Assembly (NCBI GenBank): GCA_016219115.1
Contig: JACRCH010000139.1
Span: 1-60,218, forward strand
Direction: 5' to 3'
Source: Deltaproteobacteria bacterium
Lineage (GTDB): Bacteria; Desulfobacterota; GWC2-55-46
Length of the DNA stretch: 60,218 nt
Made by a program: the position numbers and the translations under genes. Each line of letters begins with the position of its first letter. The stretch's first letter is position 1. Below, one piece after another: positions 1 through 8,268 of this stretch. The notes beneath the pieces were generated by a model, which worked only from the letters and a program-made list of their open reading frames with translations, was not told the origin of the DNA and did no database searches.

Positions 1-141
1 GGAAGCTCTGATTAATTCCTTCATTCGTCATTGCGAGCCCTGCGAAGCAATCTCATCTTCAGGCAAATCAAGCGCTTGGAGATTGCTTCGTCGCTCCGCT
101 TCTCGCAATGACAGTAGAAACGAGAATTAATCAGAGGTTCC
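1..141. repeat. 141-bp composite imperfect palindrome (REP/MITE-like, non-coding)
   Basis: Nested inverted repeats read directly: 1-18 vs 124-141 (17/18 complementary), 27-37 GTCATTGCGAG vs 102-112, 43-54 CGAAGCAATCTC vs 79-90. No plausible ORF. Confidence 0.8.
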
Positions 142-142
142 A

Positions 143-159
143 TAACCGATAACCGATAC
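143..159. repeat. heptamer microsatellite (ACCGATA x ~2.5)
   Basis: ATAACCGATAACCGATA. It is the reverse complement of the TATCGGT tract at 58308-58344. Confidence 0.8.
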
Positions 160-172
160 GGAGCTTCAATCC

Positions 173-211
173 AAAAAAAAACCCCTTCTTTATCTTGAAT
201 CTAAGAAGAGG
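173..211 (-). terminator. candidate intrinsic terminator downstream of the OM barrel gene
   Basis: Stem 182-190/203-211 (8 of 9 pairs) with a 12-nt loop. On the minus strand it is followed directly by a U9 run (A-run 173-181). It lies ~240 nt past the stop at 450, so the assignment is tentative. Confidence 0.35.
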
Positions 212-449
212 CCTGTGTACCTTTTCTTATCTTCACAAGGCCTTTACATCGCCTTGCTGGAGTTAGCACCTGACATCGCCGCTTTATGCCGCGACCGGTT
301 GCTGTGGCTTCAACGGGCCAGTCCCTCTGCCACTCTGGATAAGAACAATCCAATATTATGTTGTACTGAATTTTATAATATAAGTTTAACGATGTGTCAA
401 GTTTTTTATTTCATGACCGGCCCGGCGGCAGGCCGCGCATGATTACACG

Positions 450-1364
450 TTAAAAACCGTACTTCACCCCGACCGTCAACGCGTACGACCTCCAGTTGAC
501 CTCGTTCAAACGCGTATCCGAGGTGGTCCCGTCGGTAAAAAACGTCCTGTCCGTCCCGCGTCTGGCCTGCCAGCTCTGGAGGTCGAAGGCGGCGTTCACC
601 GACCACTTCCTGCTCATGGCATAGTCCGCGCCAAGAGCCATTACCACGCCGCTCCCCCCGGCGGTGTGCTCGAAGCTTACCGGGTGCTGGAAGTCGTCCC
701 TCAGGTTCCAGTCCGCATCGGCCTTGTAATCGGTCAGGAAGTGGTATTCGAACGACCCGGTAAAGGTCCATGCGTTGTACGCGCCTACCAGGTCCATCCC
801 GGCCCAGGGGCCGAACCACCTGGCGTTATATGTACTGTTGAGGCCGGAGAAGGCGCCGGTGGGAGGTATGGTCTGAAACCCGTCGGTCATCCTCAGGTCC
901 TGCCTGTTGTACGAGGCCCCGAGCATCGGGATTATGTCGAACCCGCCGCCGTCAGCGGCGTAATGTTTTCTTATGCCGGCCCCTACCGTCACGTCCCAGA
1001 GACTGCCGCTGTCCGCGCCGTTATTGGACCTTGATATCTCCAGGGTGCGGTTGTTCCCGATGTAGTCCGAATCTTGGTTCACGCCGCTGTTGATCCAGCC
1101 GTAGTCCATGTTCGCGCGCATATAGACGGCGTGGAGCTTGGCGTCGGCCTTCGCCTTCACCTGATAGCTCTTAAGGTTCCGCCACCTGAGCTCGGACAGC
1201 ACGTTGGGGTTGGCCCCGGTCGTGTCCCCGGCTATGTTCCAGTCGATGTTGTCGACCCGTGTCCCGGCGCCGAGCGTAAAGTCAAAGCCGGGTTCAGCGA
1301 GGGCGGTGCCCGCATACAGCAACAGCGAAAATAAAAACAGAACCAGCGGAGCGCATTTCTTCAT
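450..1364 (-). CDS. outer-membrane beta-barrel protein (omptin-like by recollection)
   Basis: ORF 450..1472 trimmed to ATG 1364, which gives the signal peptide MKKCAPLVLFLFSLLLYAGTALA with GAGGTG just upstream. Alternating beta-strand pattern and aromatic C-terminus ...VGVKYGF. Confidence 0.7.
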   Translation of the reverse strand: MKKCAPLVLFLFSLLLYAGTALAEPGFDFTLGAGTRVDNIDWNIAGDTTGANPNVLSELRWRNLKSYQVKAKADAKLHAVYMRANMDYGWINSGVNQDSDYIGNNRTLEISRSNNGADSGSLWDVTVGAGIRKHYAADGGGFDIIPMLGASYNRQDLRMTDGFQTIPPTGAFSGLNSTYNARWFGPWAGMDLVGAYNAWTFTGSFEYHFLTDYKADADWNLRDDFQHPVSFEHTAGGSGVVMALGADYAMSRKWSVNAAFDLQSWQARRGTDRTFFTDGTTSDTRLNEVNWRSYALTVGVKYGF

Positions 1365-1485
1365 CTTCACCTCTGAAAACCGATATTTTAATATTTCCTT
1401 CGGGTATAATTCCCCGCGCCTCGCCACTCGTATATGAAATATATTTCCTTCGGATACCCCGTTGCGCGGCACGCTGGGCAGTTCA

Positions 1486-1791
1486 TTATCTCTCCACTAT
1501 CCCGAACCTCATCTCCGTTATCTCCTCGGACCTGCAGACCGGGCACCTGCTAGGGGTCTTAAGCCTCCCCCTCTTCCTGAACACGAAGCCGCAGGAGCGG
1601 CACACCGAAGGCTCCACCACGAACCTCTCCCCGCCGCCGGCGCGGTTTACCGTCCTCGCCACGTGGCCGAGGTGGTCTATCGCCTCCTTTTCCATGATGC
1701 CGACGGCCCTGGAGATGTCCTTGGAGGTGAGCATCCCCTCCTTGAGCGCCGCGGCTATCCTCTGCCTTATCGTAAGGTCGGCTTCAGCCAT
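1486..1791 (-). CDS. small HTH + zinc-ribbon regulator-like protein (COG3357-like)
   Basis: 101-aa ORF with an N-terminal helix-turn-helix-like segment and C-terminal CRSC...CPVC cysteine pairs. Confidence 0.55.
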   Translation of the reverse strand: MAEADLTIRQRIAAALKEGMLTSKDISRAVGIMEKEAIDHLGHVARTVNRAGGGERFVVEPSVCRSCGFVFRKRGRLKTPSRCPVCRSEEITEMRFGIVER

Positions 1792-2085
1792 AAAAAAGTA
1801 GACACCCCGTGCATTTACGGAAGGCGGTGCTCTTCCTGAGCGCGAGCCATTCCCTTAAGGGGTGCGGAAAACCGATGCGATTATACCAGAGCGTACGCTT
1901 TACACAATCTTTTTCTGCTCGCGCGCCGGCAAAATACGACACGGCTGTAACGGATAGTTTTCCGTGACGGACGCCTGCCGGAGAGCGGCTGAAAACGGCT
2001 TTTTGCGCAACCCGTTAAATTCAAATTTTAAGCTGGTAAAAGATTTTGTGACATGCTATATTCGCGGCAAGAAAGTAGGGTGTCC

Positions 2086-3273
2086 ATGGACAACCGGCTC
2101 ACAAGAAGATTTTTTCTGAAGACCGTTGGTGTTTTTACCGCGACAGCGGCGCTGGGTAGTTGGCCGACTAACATCTTTGCGGACGAGAAAAAACTTGTAA
2201 GGCTTCCGGAAAAGACCGACCTGATATTGCTCACATCGAGACCGCCGCAACTTGAGACTCCGTTACATTATTTCAAGGAATTGCTAACGCCGAACGAGGC
2301 GCTATTCGTCAGGTGGCATCTTGCGAACATCCCGACATCCGTGGACTTGAGCCAGTGGAGGCTCAATATCGGCGGGAACACGGACAGGGAAGTCAAACTG
2401 TCGATGGACGACCTGAAAAAGCTTGAGAAGGTGAGCTACACGGCTGTCATCCAGTGCTCCGGCAACGGCAGAAGCTTTTTCGAACCGCGCGTGCCGGGAG
2501 GGCAGTGGGACAACGGCGCCATGGGCAACGTCACATGGACAGGGGCCCGCCTCAAGGACGTCCTCAACGCCGCCGGCATCAAGGCCGGGTCCGTGGACGT
2601 CACCTTCAACGGGCTCGATTCCGGGCCGCTTCCGACGGTGCCGGACTTAGTAAAGAGCCTCCCGGTCGACAAGGCGATGGAGGACGACATCATCGTCGCA
2701 TACGAGATGAACGGGGCGCCGCTTACGATGCTCAACGGGTTCCCGGCAAGGCTCGTAGTGCCGGGCTGGTACGCCACATATTGGGTGAAGGCGTTGACCG
2801 ATATAAAGGTATTAACCCAGACCTTCGAGGAGTTCTGGATGAAGCCCGCGTACAGGATACCCGATAACGCATGTGGGTGCGTGGAGCCGGGCTCCGCGCC
2901 GAAAAAGACCGTGCCTATAAACCGCATGACCACGAGGTCCGTCATAGTGACGCCCACACAGGGGTCGGGGTTGAAGGCTAAAAAGCCCGTGGAGGTCATG
3001 GGAGTGGCGTTCTCGGGCGGGTACGGCATCAAGGACGTCGTCGTCTCGGTCGACAACGGCAAGACATGGAATACGGCCAGGCTCGGGCGCGACCTCGGCA
3101 AGTACTCCTGGGTGCTGTGGTACCACTCATGGAGGCCCGCAAAGCCCGGCAAATACACCGTCATGGCAAAGGCGACGAACAGCATCGGAGAGTCCCAGCC
3201 CTCCGACAGCCTCTGGAACCCCGCCGGGTATCTCTGGAACAAGATAGAAAAAATAGAGGTCAACGTAATATAG
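2086..3273 (+). CDS. sorA: periplasmic molybdopterin sulfite dehydrogenase/oxidase, catalytic subunit
   Basis: Tat signal MDNRLTRRFFLKTVGVFTATAALG from ATG 2086 (the ORF opens at 2053). Sulfite-oxidase-type Mo-ligand motif IQCSGNGRSFF. Directly followed by a c-type cytochrome gene, as in SorAB. Confidence 0.7.
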   Translation: MDNRLTRRFFLKTVGVFTATAALGSWPTNIFADEKKLVRLPEKTDLILLTSRPPQLETPLHYFKELLTPNEALFVRWHLANIPTSVDLSQWRLNIGGNTDREVKLSMDDLKKLEKVSYTAVIQCSGNGRSFFEPRVPGGQWDNGAMGNVTWTGARLKDVLNAAGIKAGSVDVTFNGLDSGPLPTVPDLVKSLPVDKAMEDDIIVAYEMNGAPLTMLNGFPARLVVPGWYATYWVKALTDIKVLTQTFEEFWMKPAYRIPDNACGCVEPGSAPKKTVPINRMTTRSVIVTPTQGSGLKAKKPVEVMGVAFSGGYGIKDVVVSVDNGKTWNTARLGRDLGKYSWVLWYHSWRPAKPGKYTVMAKATNSIGESQPSDSLWNPAGYLWNKIEKIEVNVI

Positions 3274-3281
3274 GAGACCAT

Positions 3282-3629
3282 ATGAAAAAACTTCTTTTTT
3301 TCTCAATACTGGCGATCGCCCTGGGTTCCGGTTCCGTCTACGCCCAGGACAAGGGCGCGAAAGACATGGTCGTGACAGGGAACACCAAATCGATCACCCT
3401 GCCCGATATCGCAACCCCGCTCAAGGACGGGCCGGGCAAGGAATATGTGGAGGGCAACTGCACCATATGCCACAGCACCGACTACATAAACATGCAGCCT
3501 AAAATGCCAAAGGCCAAATGGTCAGCCACGGTGAAAAAGATGGTAAAGACCTTCGGTTGCCCGGTGAATGATGCCGAGATGAAGGCGATAGAAGACTACC
3601 TTGCGGCCAATTACGGCACAGGGAGTTAA
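3282..3629 (+). CDS. sorB: monoheme cytochrome c subunit (SorB-like)
   Basis: ATG 3282 is preceded by TAGGAG. Signal peptide MKKLLFFSILAIALGSGSVYA and a single CxxCH (CTICH). The longer ORF from 3066 overlaps sorA and is rejected. Confidence 0.7.
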   Translation: MKKLLFFSILAIALGSGSVYAQDKGAKDMVVTGNTKSITLPDIATPLKDGPGKEYVEGNCTICHSTDYINMQPKMPKAKWSATVKKMVKTFGCPVNDAEMKAIEDYLAANYGTGS

Positions 3630-3683
3630 GACAGGGAGTTAAGAGAAGAGAGCCCGGCAACGCATAAGGGACCCCGTATCCCG

Positions 3684-3712
3684 TTGACTTGTATCGACCC
3701 ATCGGATATAAT
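3684..3712 (+). promoter_or_regulatory. sigma-70-type promoter candidate for prsT
   Basis: TTGACT (3684-3689), exact 17-nt spacer, TATAAT (3707-3712). It sits in the 217-bp gap upstream of prsT. Confidence 0.5.
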
Positions 3713-3846
3713 CAGAACCTTCCGCACAAATGAAGGAAAATTCTGATTCGCGGGAATTGTGCAGTCTTGACCCGCCGCTAAAGCCGACGGGTTGCGGCTT
3801 ATATCCCGTTCAGCGTATGGAGTTCATTAATTAATTCAAGCCGGAA

Positions 3847-6204
3847 TTGCCCGGACGTCCTGCCATTCAAAAAGGACAGGGACAAAAAAACGAGGGAACT
3901 CACAAAACCGTGCACAACTTAAAAAAGCATTACTTCATAACACCTCTTCTGACAGTCCTCGTCCTCATCTCGCTGGTCTCATGCACCGTAAGCCCTGAGA
4001 AGAAGGCCGCCAAGCATATGCAGAAGGGCATGGCGTACCTCGAAGAGTCAAAGTACAGGGAAGCGTCCATCGAGTTCAAGAACGCCATACAGATAAACAA
4101 CAAGAACGCGAAGGCCCACTATAATCTCGGACTCGCGTACCTTAAGATCGGAGGCTCCACCGGCCTACAGAACGCGTTCCAGGAGCTCAATATCGCCGTA
4201 AGGCTCGACCCGGCCATACTCGACGCGCATTTAAAGATCGGGGAGCTTTACCTTATGACCCGCCAATTCGACAAGGCCAGGGAACAGGCCGAGACCGTGC
4301 TTGGCAAAGAAAAGGATAACATGGACGCCAGGGTGCTCATGGCCGCGTCCCTTGCCGGGAAAAAGGAGTTCAGCAAGGCCGTGTCCATCATAGAGGATGT
4401 GCTCAAGGCGAATCCCGGCGCCATAAAGCCTTACATGGCCGCCGCCGGCATATACATATCGAATAACGACCTGGCATCGGCCAGGAGCAGTTATCAAAAG
4501 GCCATATCCGTAAAGAAGGACTCTATCGAGCCGAGGATAGCCCTCGCCAGCCTGTACTTAAGACAGGGCAACGCGACAGAGGCCGAGGCCGAGCTTAAAA
4601 GGGCCGTCGAGCTCAACCCGAAGGACAATGAGGCGCTCGTGGCGCTCGCCAACTTCTACCTTGCCTCAAAAAGGCCCGCCGAAGCCGAACAGGTGTTATT
4701 GTCCATAACGGCCTCAAGCCCTGAGAAGCCCGGCGGATATCTCATGCTCGCTGAATTCTACCTCTCGGCAAGGAGGACGCGGAACGCCGAGGAAATATTG
4801 AAAAAGGGCATGGATAAGACCAACAGCGCCCTGATCCTTCAACAGAAGCTCGCCGAGCTCCTGCTCGAAGAAAGAAAATATAAAGAGGCCTCAAGCGAGA
4901 TAGACTCCCTGCTCAAGAACCACGCCAACGACACGTACGGGCTCTACCTGAGGGGCAGGCTCCGTCTCTCCGAACACAAGGTCAACGAATCGATAGTCGA
5001 CCTGGCCAAATCGGTAAAAGAAGCGCCCAACCTCGCGCAGAGCCGCCTGTATCTCGGGCTCGCCTACCAGGCAAGCGGCAATATCAATACCGCGCAGGCC
5101 GAGATCGCCGAGGCGCTGAGGCTCGCTCCCGGACTGGTAAACGCCAGACTCGCGCTGGCGTCAATACACCTTGGCGCCAGAGAGTATAAGCTCGCCGCCG
5201 AAGAGGCGCGGAAGGTGTTGTCCCAATACCCCGACCATCCTGGCGCCAACATCATAATGGCGGACGTCAAGGCATATCAGTCCAAACCGGATGAGGCCAG
5301 GCAATACATAGAGAAGTTCATCAGGAAAGAACCGGACAACCCCGCGGGGTACGTAAAACTCGGCCTTATTTACCAGATGAAAAGGAACAACAGGGCGGCC
5401 ATCGAACAGTTCGAGAAGGCCCTTTCCATAAAACCCGACCTTGTTGAAGCCCTCGGCCTCATCACGACGAACTATATAATGAACAAAGAACCCCTGAAGG
5501 CCGTTGACAGGGTCAACGCGCAGATCAAAAAATATCCCGATAACCCACAGTTTCACCTTATCCTCGGCCGGGTATACATTATTATGAGGGATGCCAAGAG
5601 GGCCGAGGAGTCCTTGAATAAGGCCATAGACCTGAAAAACGACTTTATCGACGCGTATATAGACCTCGGAGGCATCTACTCCAGAGAGGGTTCCATTGAC
5701 CAGGCGATAAAGCAGTACAACGAGGCGGTCAGGATAAACCCGAAGCTCCTGCCCCCGTACATGCTTCTCGGCATAATATACGAAAAACAGGGCAAGTACG
5801 ACTCGGCCATAAAGAACTACAAGGCCGCGCTCGACATAAACCCGAAGTTCGCGCCGGCGGCCAACAACCTCGCATGGATATACGCCGAGCACGGCGGCAA
5901 CATAGACATGGCCGTCACGCTCGCGGAGACCGCCAAGGAACAGCTCCCCGACCACCCCGGCGTATCCGACACCCTCGGCTGGGTATACTACAAGAAGGGC
6001 GTATATCTCAAGGCCATATCGCTCCTCAAGGACAGCGCCTCCAAGGCGCCAAACGTGCCGGAGATACATTACCACCTCGGCATGGCGTACTTCAAAAACG
6101 GCGACATGAAACTCGCCAGGCAGGAACTTCAGGTTTCTCTTAAACTATCCGATAAGTACGTAGGGTCCGAAGAAGCAAAAAAGACCCTTGCCTCCATCAA
6201 GTGA
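3847..6204 (+). CDS. prsT: PEP-CTERM system TPR-repeat lipoprotein
   Basis: 785-aa ORF that is almost entirely TPR repeats, with a lipobox-like N-terminus ...LVLISLVSC. Size and context match the PrsT family (TIGR02917 by recollection). Start uncertain: TTG 3847 or GTG 3910. Confidence 0.75.
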   Translation: MPGRPAIQKGQGQKNEGTHKTVHNLKKHYFITPLLTVLVLISLVSCTVSPEKKAAKHMQKGMAYLEESKYREASIEFKNAIQINNKNAKAHYNLGLAYLKIGGSTGLQNAFQELNIAVRLDPAILDAHLKIGELYLMTRQFDKAREQAETVLGKEKDNMDARVLMAASLAGKKEFSKAVSIIEDVLKANPGAIKPYMAAAGIYISNNDLASARSSYQKAISVKKDSIEPRIALASLYLRQGNATEAEAELKRAVELNPKDNEALVALANFYLASKRPAEAEQVLLSITASSPEKPGGYLMLAEFYLSARRTRNAEEILKKGMDKTNSALILQQKLAELLLEERKYKEASSEIDSLLKNHANDTYGLYLRGRLRLSEHKVNESIVDLAKSVKEAPNLAQSRLYLGLAYQASGNINTAQAEIAEALRLAPGLVNARLALASIHLGAREYKLAAEEARKVLSQYPDHPGANIIMADVKAYQSKPDEARQYIEKFIRKEPDNPAGYVKLGLIYQMKRNNRAAIEQFEKALSIKPDLVEALGLITTNYIMNKEPLKAVDRVNAQIKKYPDNPQFHLILGRVYIIMRDAKRAEESLNKAIDLKNDFIDAYIDLGGIYSREGSIDQAIKQYNEAVRINPKLLPPYMLLGIIYEKQGKYDSAIKNYKAALDINPKFAPAANNLAWIYAEHGGNIDMAVTLAETAKEQLPDHPGVSDTLGWVYYKKGVYLKAISLLKDSASKAPNVPEIHYHLGMAYFKNGDMKLARQELQVSLKLSDKYVGSEEAKKTLASIK

Positions 6205-6356
6205 CGCCATAGTCAGGAGAGGATGCCGGACCCGATCCGCCGTTGCCCGGCTTTCGCCTCAAGAGGCGCTCCATTGAACATGCATAGCGAGCGCCCAGCC
6301 CGCGGCTTGTTGCGGGATCAAGCGAGCGAATCGGATATGATACTTCCTTACATGTC

Positions 6357-6390
6357 GAAGATTCCCTGCGGAAAAGCCGCGGGGAGCTTC
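6357..6390. repeat. dispersed hairpin element (GAAGATTCCCTGCGG-N8-CGGGGAGCTTC)
   Basis: Both arms (15 nt and 11 nt) recur exactly, in reverse complement, at 56930-56964 with a different 9-nt centre. The arms are partly self-complementary. Confidence 0.75.
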
Positions 6391-6420
6391 AAGCGGCGGT
6401 CCATGGGCTGGGTCGGCTAT

Positions 6421-6449
6421 TTGTGAAGTATGCCGAACTCTGGTAAAAT
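6421..6449 (+). promoter_or_regulatory. sigma-70-type promoter candidate for the LuxR-type regulator
   Basis: TTGTGA (6421-6426), 17-nt spacer ending in TGG (extended -10 TGn), TAAAAT (6444-6449). Confidence 0.35.
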
Positions 6450-6615
6450 AGCATTGTTTATCCATGGATTGAGAGCCAAGGAAAACTTCAGAACGCTGAA
6501 AAAACGGAACCTGCGCGGATTAAAAGCCCGACGGCGGCCGGAAACTCTAAAAAAGACAGCTTATATCGGGATGAGCGCTAAAAAAACATCAATTCCGGAA
6601 CATACCGAAAAAACA

Positions 6616-7275
6616 ATGAGCATAAAGGTCATTCTTGCGCTCAGCAACCGTCTGTTCTCCGAGGGGATCAAAAGGCTTCTGGAGAACGAGCGTGATATAA
6701 CGGTTGCCGGGGTGCTCAAAGCCGGCGCCAAATACACCGTCAAGGAGCTTGAGGGTCTATCTCCGAACGTCATACTGACCGATATCCTGACCCTGTATAA
6801 CTACCTCCCGGTCTTTGAACAGGGGCCCAAGGACATGCACATAGTCCTCCTTGACACCAACAGCGGCAGGGAGACCATTGTGGCGACGATACTTAAAAAG
6901 AGGCTCAACGGCGTCCTCCTGAGCGACACCGGCCCGGAACTCCTCAAAAAATGCATTCGCTCCGTCGCAAAGGGGGAGGTCTGGCTCGACAAGCATACGT
7001 TCAAGAACATACTTTACGGGATAAACGCGCTCGAAGCCGAAAGGACGGAAGCCCTCTCCGCCAGGGAAGAGGAGATAGTGGCCCTTACAGGCATCGGACT
7101 GAGAAACAAGGAAATAGCCCACCGGCTCCATATCAGCGAACCTACCGTCAAAACGCACCTGACCAGGATATTCAAAAAGCTCAATCTGAAGGCGCGCTCG
7201 GAATTGATCAGCTATGCGATAAAAAACCGCGAAATGAGCGGCCTGATCCCACAGACCAAGCACCGGGACCGCTGA
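6616..7275 (+). CDS. LuxR/GerE-family regulator with an atypical receiver-like N-terminus (EpsA-like)
   Basis: C-terminal HTH LSAREEEIVALTGIGLRNKEIAHRLHISEPTVKTHLTRIF. The receiver-like N-terminus starts MSIKVILALSNRLF, with SN where the acidic DD pair normally sits. Start is ATG 6616 (alternative 6571; the ORF opens at 6430). Confidence 0.7.
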   Translation: MSIKVILALSNRLFSEGIKRLLENERDITVAGVLKAGAKYTVKELEGLSPNVILTDILTLYNYLPVFEQGPKDMHIVLLDTNSGRETIVATILKKRLNGVLLSDTGPELLKKCIRSVAKGEVWLDKHTFKNILYGINALEAERTEALSAREEEIVALTGIGLRNKEIAHRLHISEPTVKTHLTRIFKKLNLKARSELISYAIKNREMSGLIPQTKHRDR

Positions 7276-7472
7276 TGTCCACCCATTGGCCCGCCCTCTC
7301 CCTTAAAAAAGCCTTTCTGACAAGGTGAATCCCCAAAAAAAAGGCTCTATGGCGCCTGAGGGCGCTTTCCATACCATCCGCCCCACATGGGAAAACGGCG
7401 TCCGCGAGGGCCGCCCGAATGGGCTCCACACAACGCATGCATTCAGCGCCGCCCCGCTGGGGCGGCAATTGG

Positions 7473-7504
7473 TTGCTACTTAAGTATTAATACTTTAGTA
7501 TAAT
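7473..7504 (+). promoter_or_regulatory. promoter candidate with embedded 14-bp perfect palindrome
   Basis: TTGCTA (7473-7478), 17 nt, TAGTAT (7496-7501), overlapping TATAAT (7499-7504). The spacer contains AAGTATTAATACTT (7482-7495), a perfect palindrome. It lies in an AT-rich island upstream of the EPS array. Confidence 0.3.
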
Positions 7505-7780
7505 ATTTTCACTACATCCGTTTGAATCATCTCTAATACGTTATTCTTTGATTTTCATACCGCTGACGGATTGTTATTTTATGAAATCAGACTATTATAA
7601 AGGGGCGCGATAAGAAACAAGCCGTTATGGCGAGAGCGGCTCCGAGGCGGTGACGGCGGAAAGCAGTGAGCCCGCCGCAGGATTGAAGCGCCGTGGGTTG
7701 CGGAACGCTAAAAAAATCCGCCGGTAGCGCAAGCGGACCCGAATTGCAAAATTTAAGATAAAATAGTAGCTGGCGAATAT

Positions 7781-8164
7781 ATGATGGTCCGTTTCAATGA
7801 AGAATACGGCTCCCTGTCCGTCAGGATCTGCCCGGAATGCGAACTGGCCTTTTACGCCAGGGTCGACGGCAGTCTTATATGCCCGCACTGCGGCTACGCC
7901 TTCATCGAGAAGCGCGGCGCGCGGAGGTCCTGCAGGGAAGCCGACATTACCATCCTTTTAAAGGGCAGGAAGGTTCGCGCAAAGCTCAAGGATTACTCGG
8001 AGCGCGGGGCAAGGGTGGTGTTCAGGGGCGTGGGGGGCGGCATGGATGCGGACTCCGAAATCGAAATTGATATCCGCGAGCTGCATATCCACAGGAAGGC
8101 GCGCGCGGTATGGCTGAGGGAGGTCGACGGGTCTTGCGTATCAGCCGGATTCATACTGTTATGA
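7781..8164 (+). CDS. zinc-ribbon + PilZ domain protein (c-di-GMP receptor candidate)
   Basis: CPEC...CPHC ribbon followed by PilZ signatures RRSCR (RxxxR) and DYSERG (D/NxSxxG). Same architecture as 55364-55789. Confidence 0.7.
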   Translation: MMVRFNEEYGSLSVRICPECELAFYARVDGSLICPHCGYAFIEKRGARRSCREADITILLKGRKVRAKLKDYSERGARVVFRGVGGGMDADSEIEIDIRELHIHRKARAVWLREVDGSCVSAGFILL

Positions 8165-8268
8165 CCCCGTTGCCGCAAAATATTTAAAAAAACGAAGAGA
8201 CCGGGGAAAAGAACAATTTTCAGAGGCGCGCCAACATCAGAAACGGAAGGGACGGAACAAGCATCGAT

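Noticed and set aside
215-442. 75-aa ORF in the left intergenic region
   Set aside because: It has no RBS or motif and overlaps a probable terminator region of the convergent OM barrel gene.
2086-3629. SorAB-like genes as part of the exosortase system
   Set aside because: They form a separate divergent unit with its own signals. This is sulfur-oxidation housekeeping with no known link to EPS, so it is treated as flanking DNA.
5161-6075. 304-aa ORF antisense to prsT
   Set aside because: It lies entirely inside and opposite a strongly supported TPR gene. The composition is Arg/Gly/Val-rich and low-complexity, typical of antisense frames in GC-rich coding DNA, and it has no motifs.
6223-6465. 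67-68-aa ORFs on both strands between prsT and the LuxR-type gene
   Set aside because: They are built over the dispersed hairpin element and a promoter-like region. The mutually overlapping frames indicate non-coding DNA.
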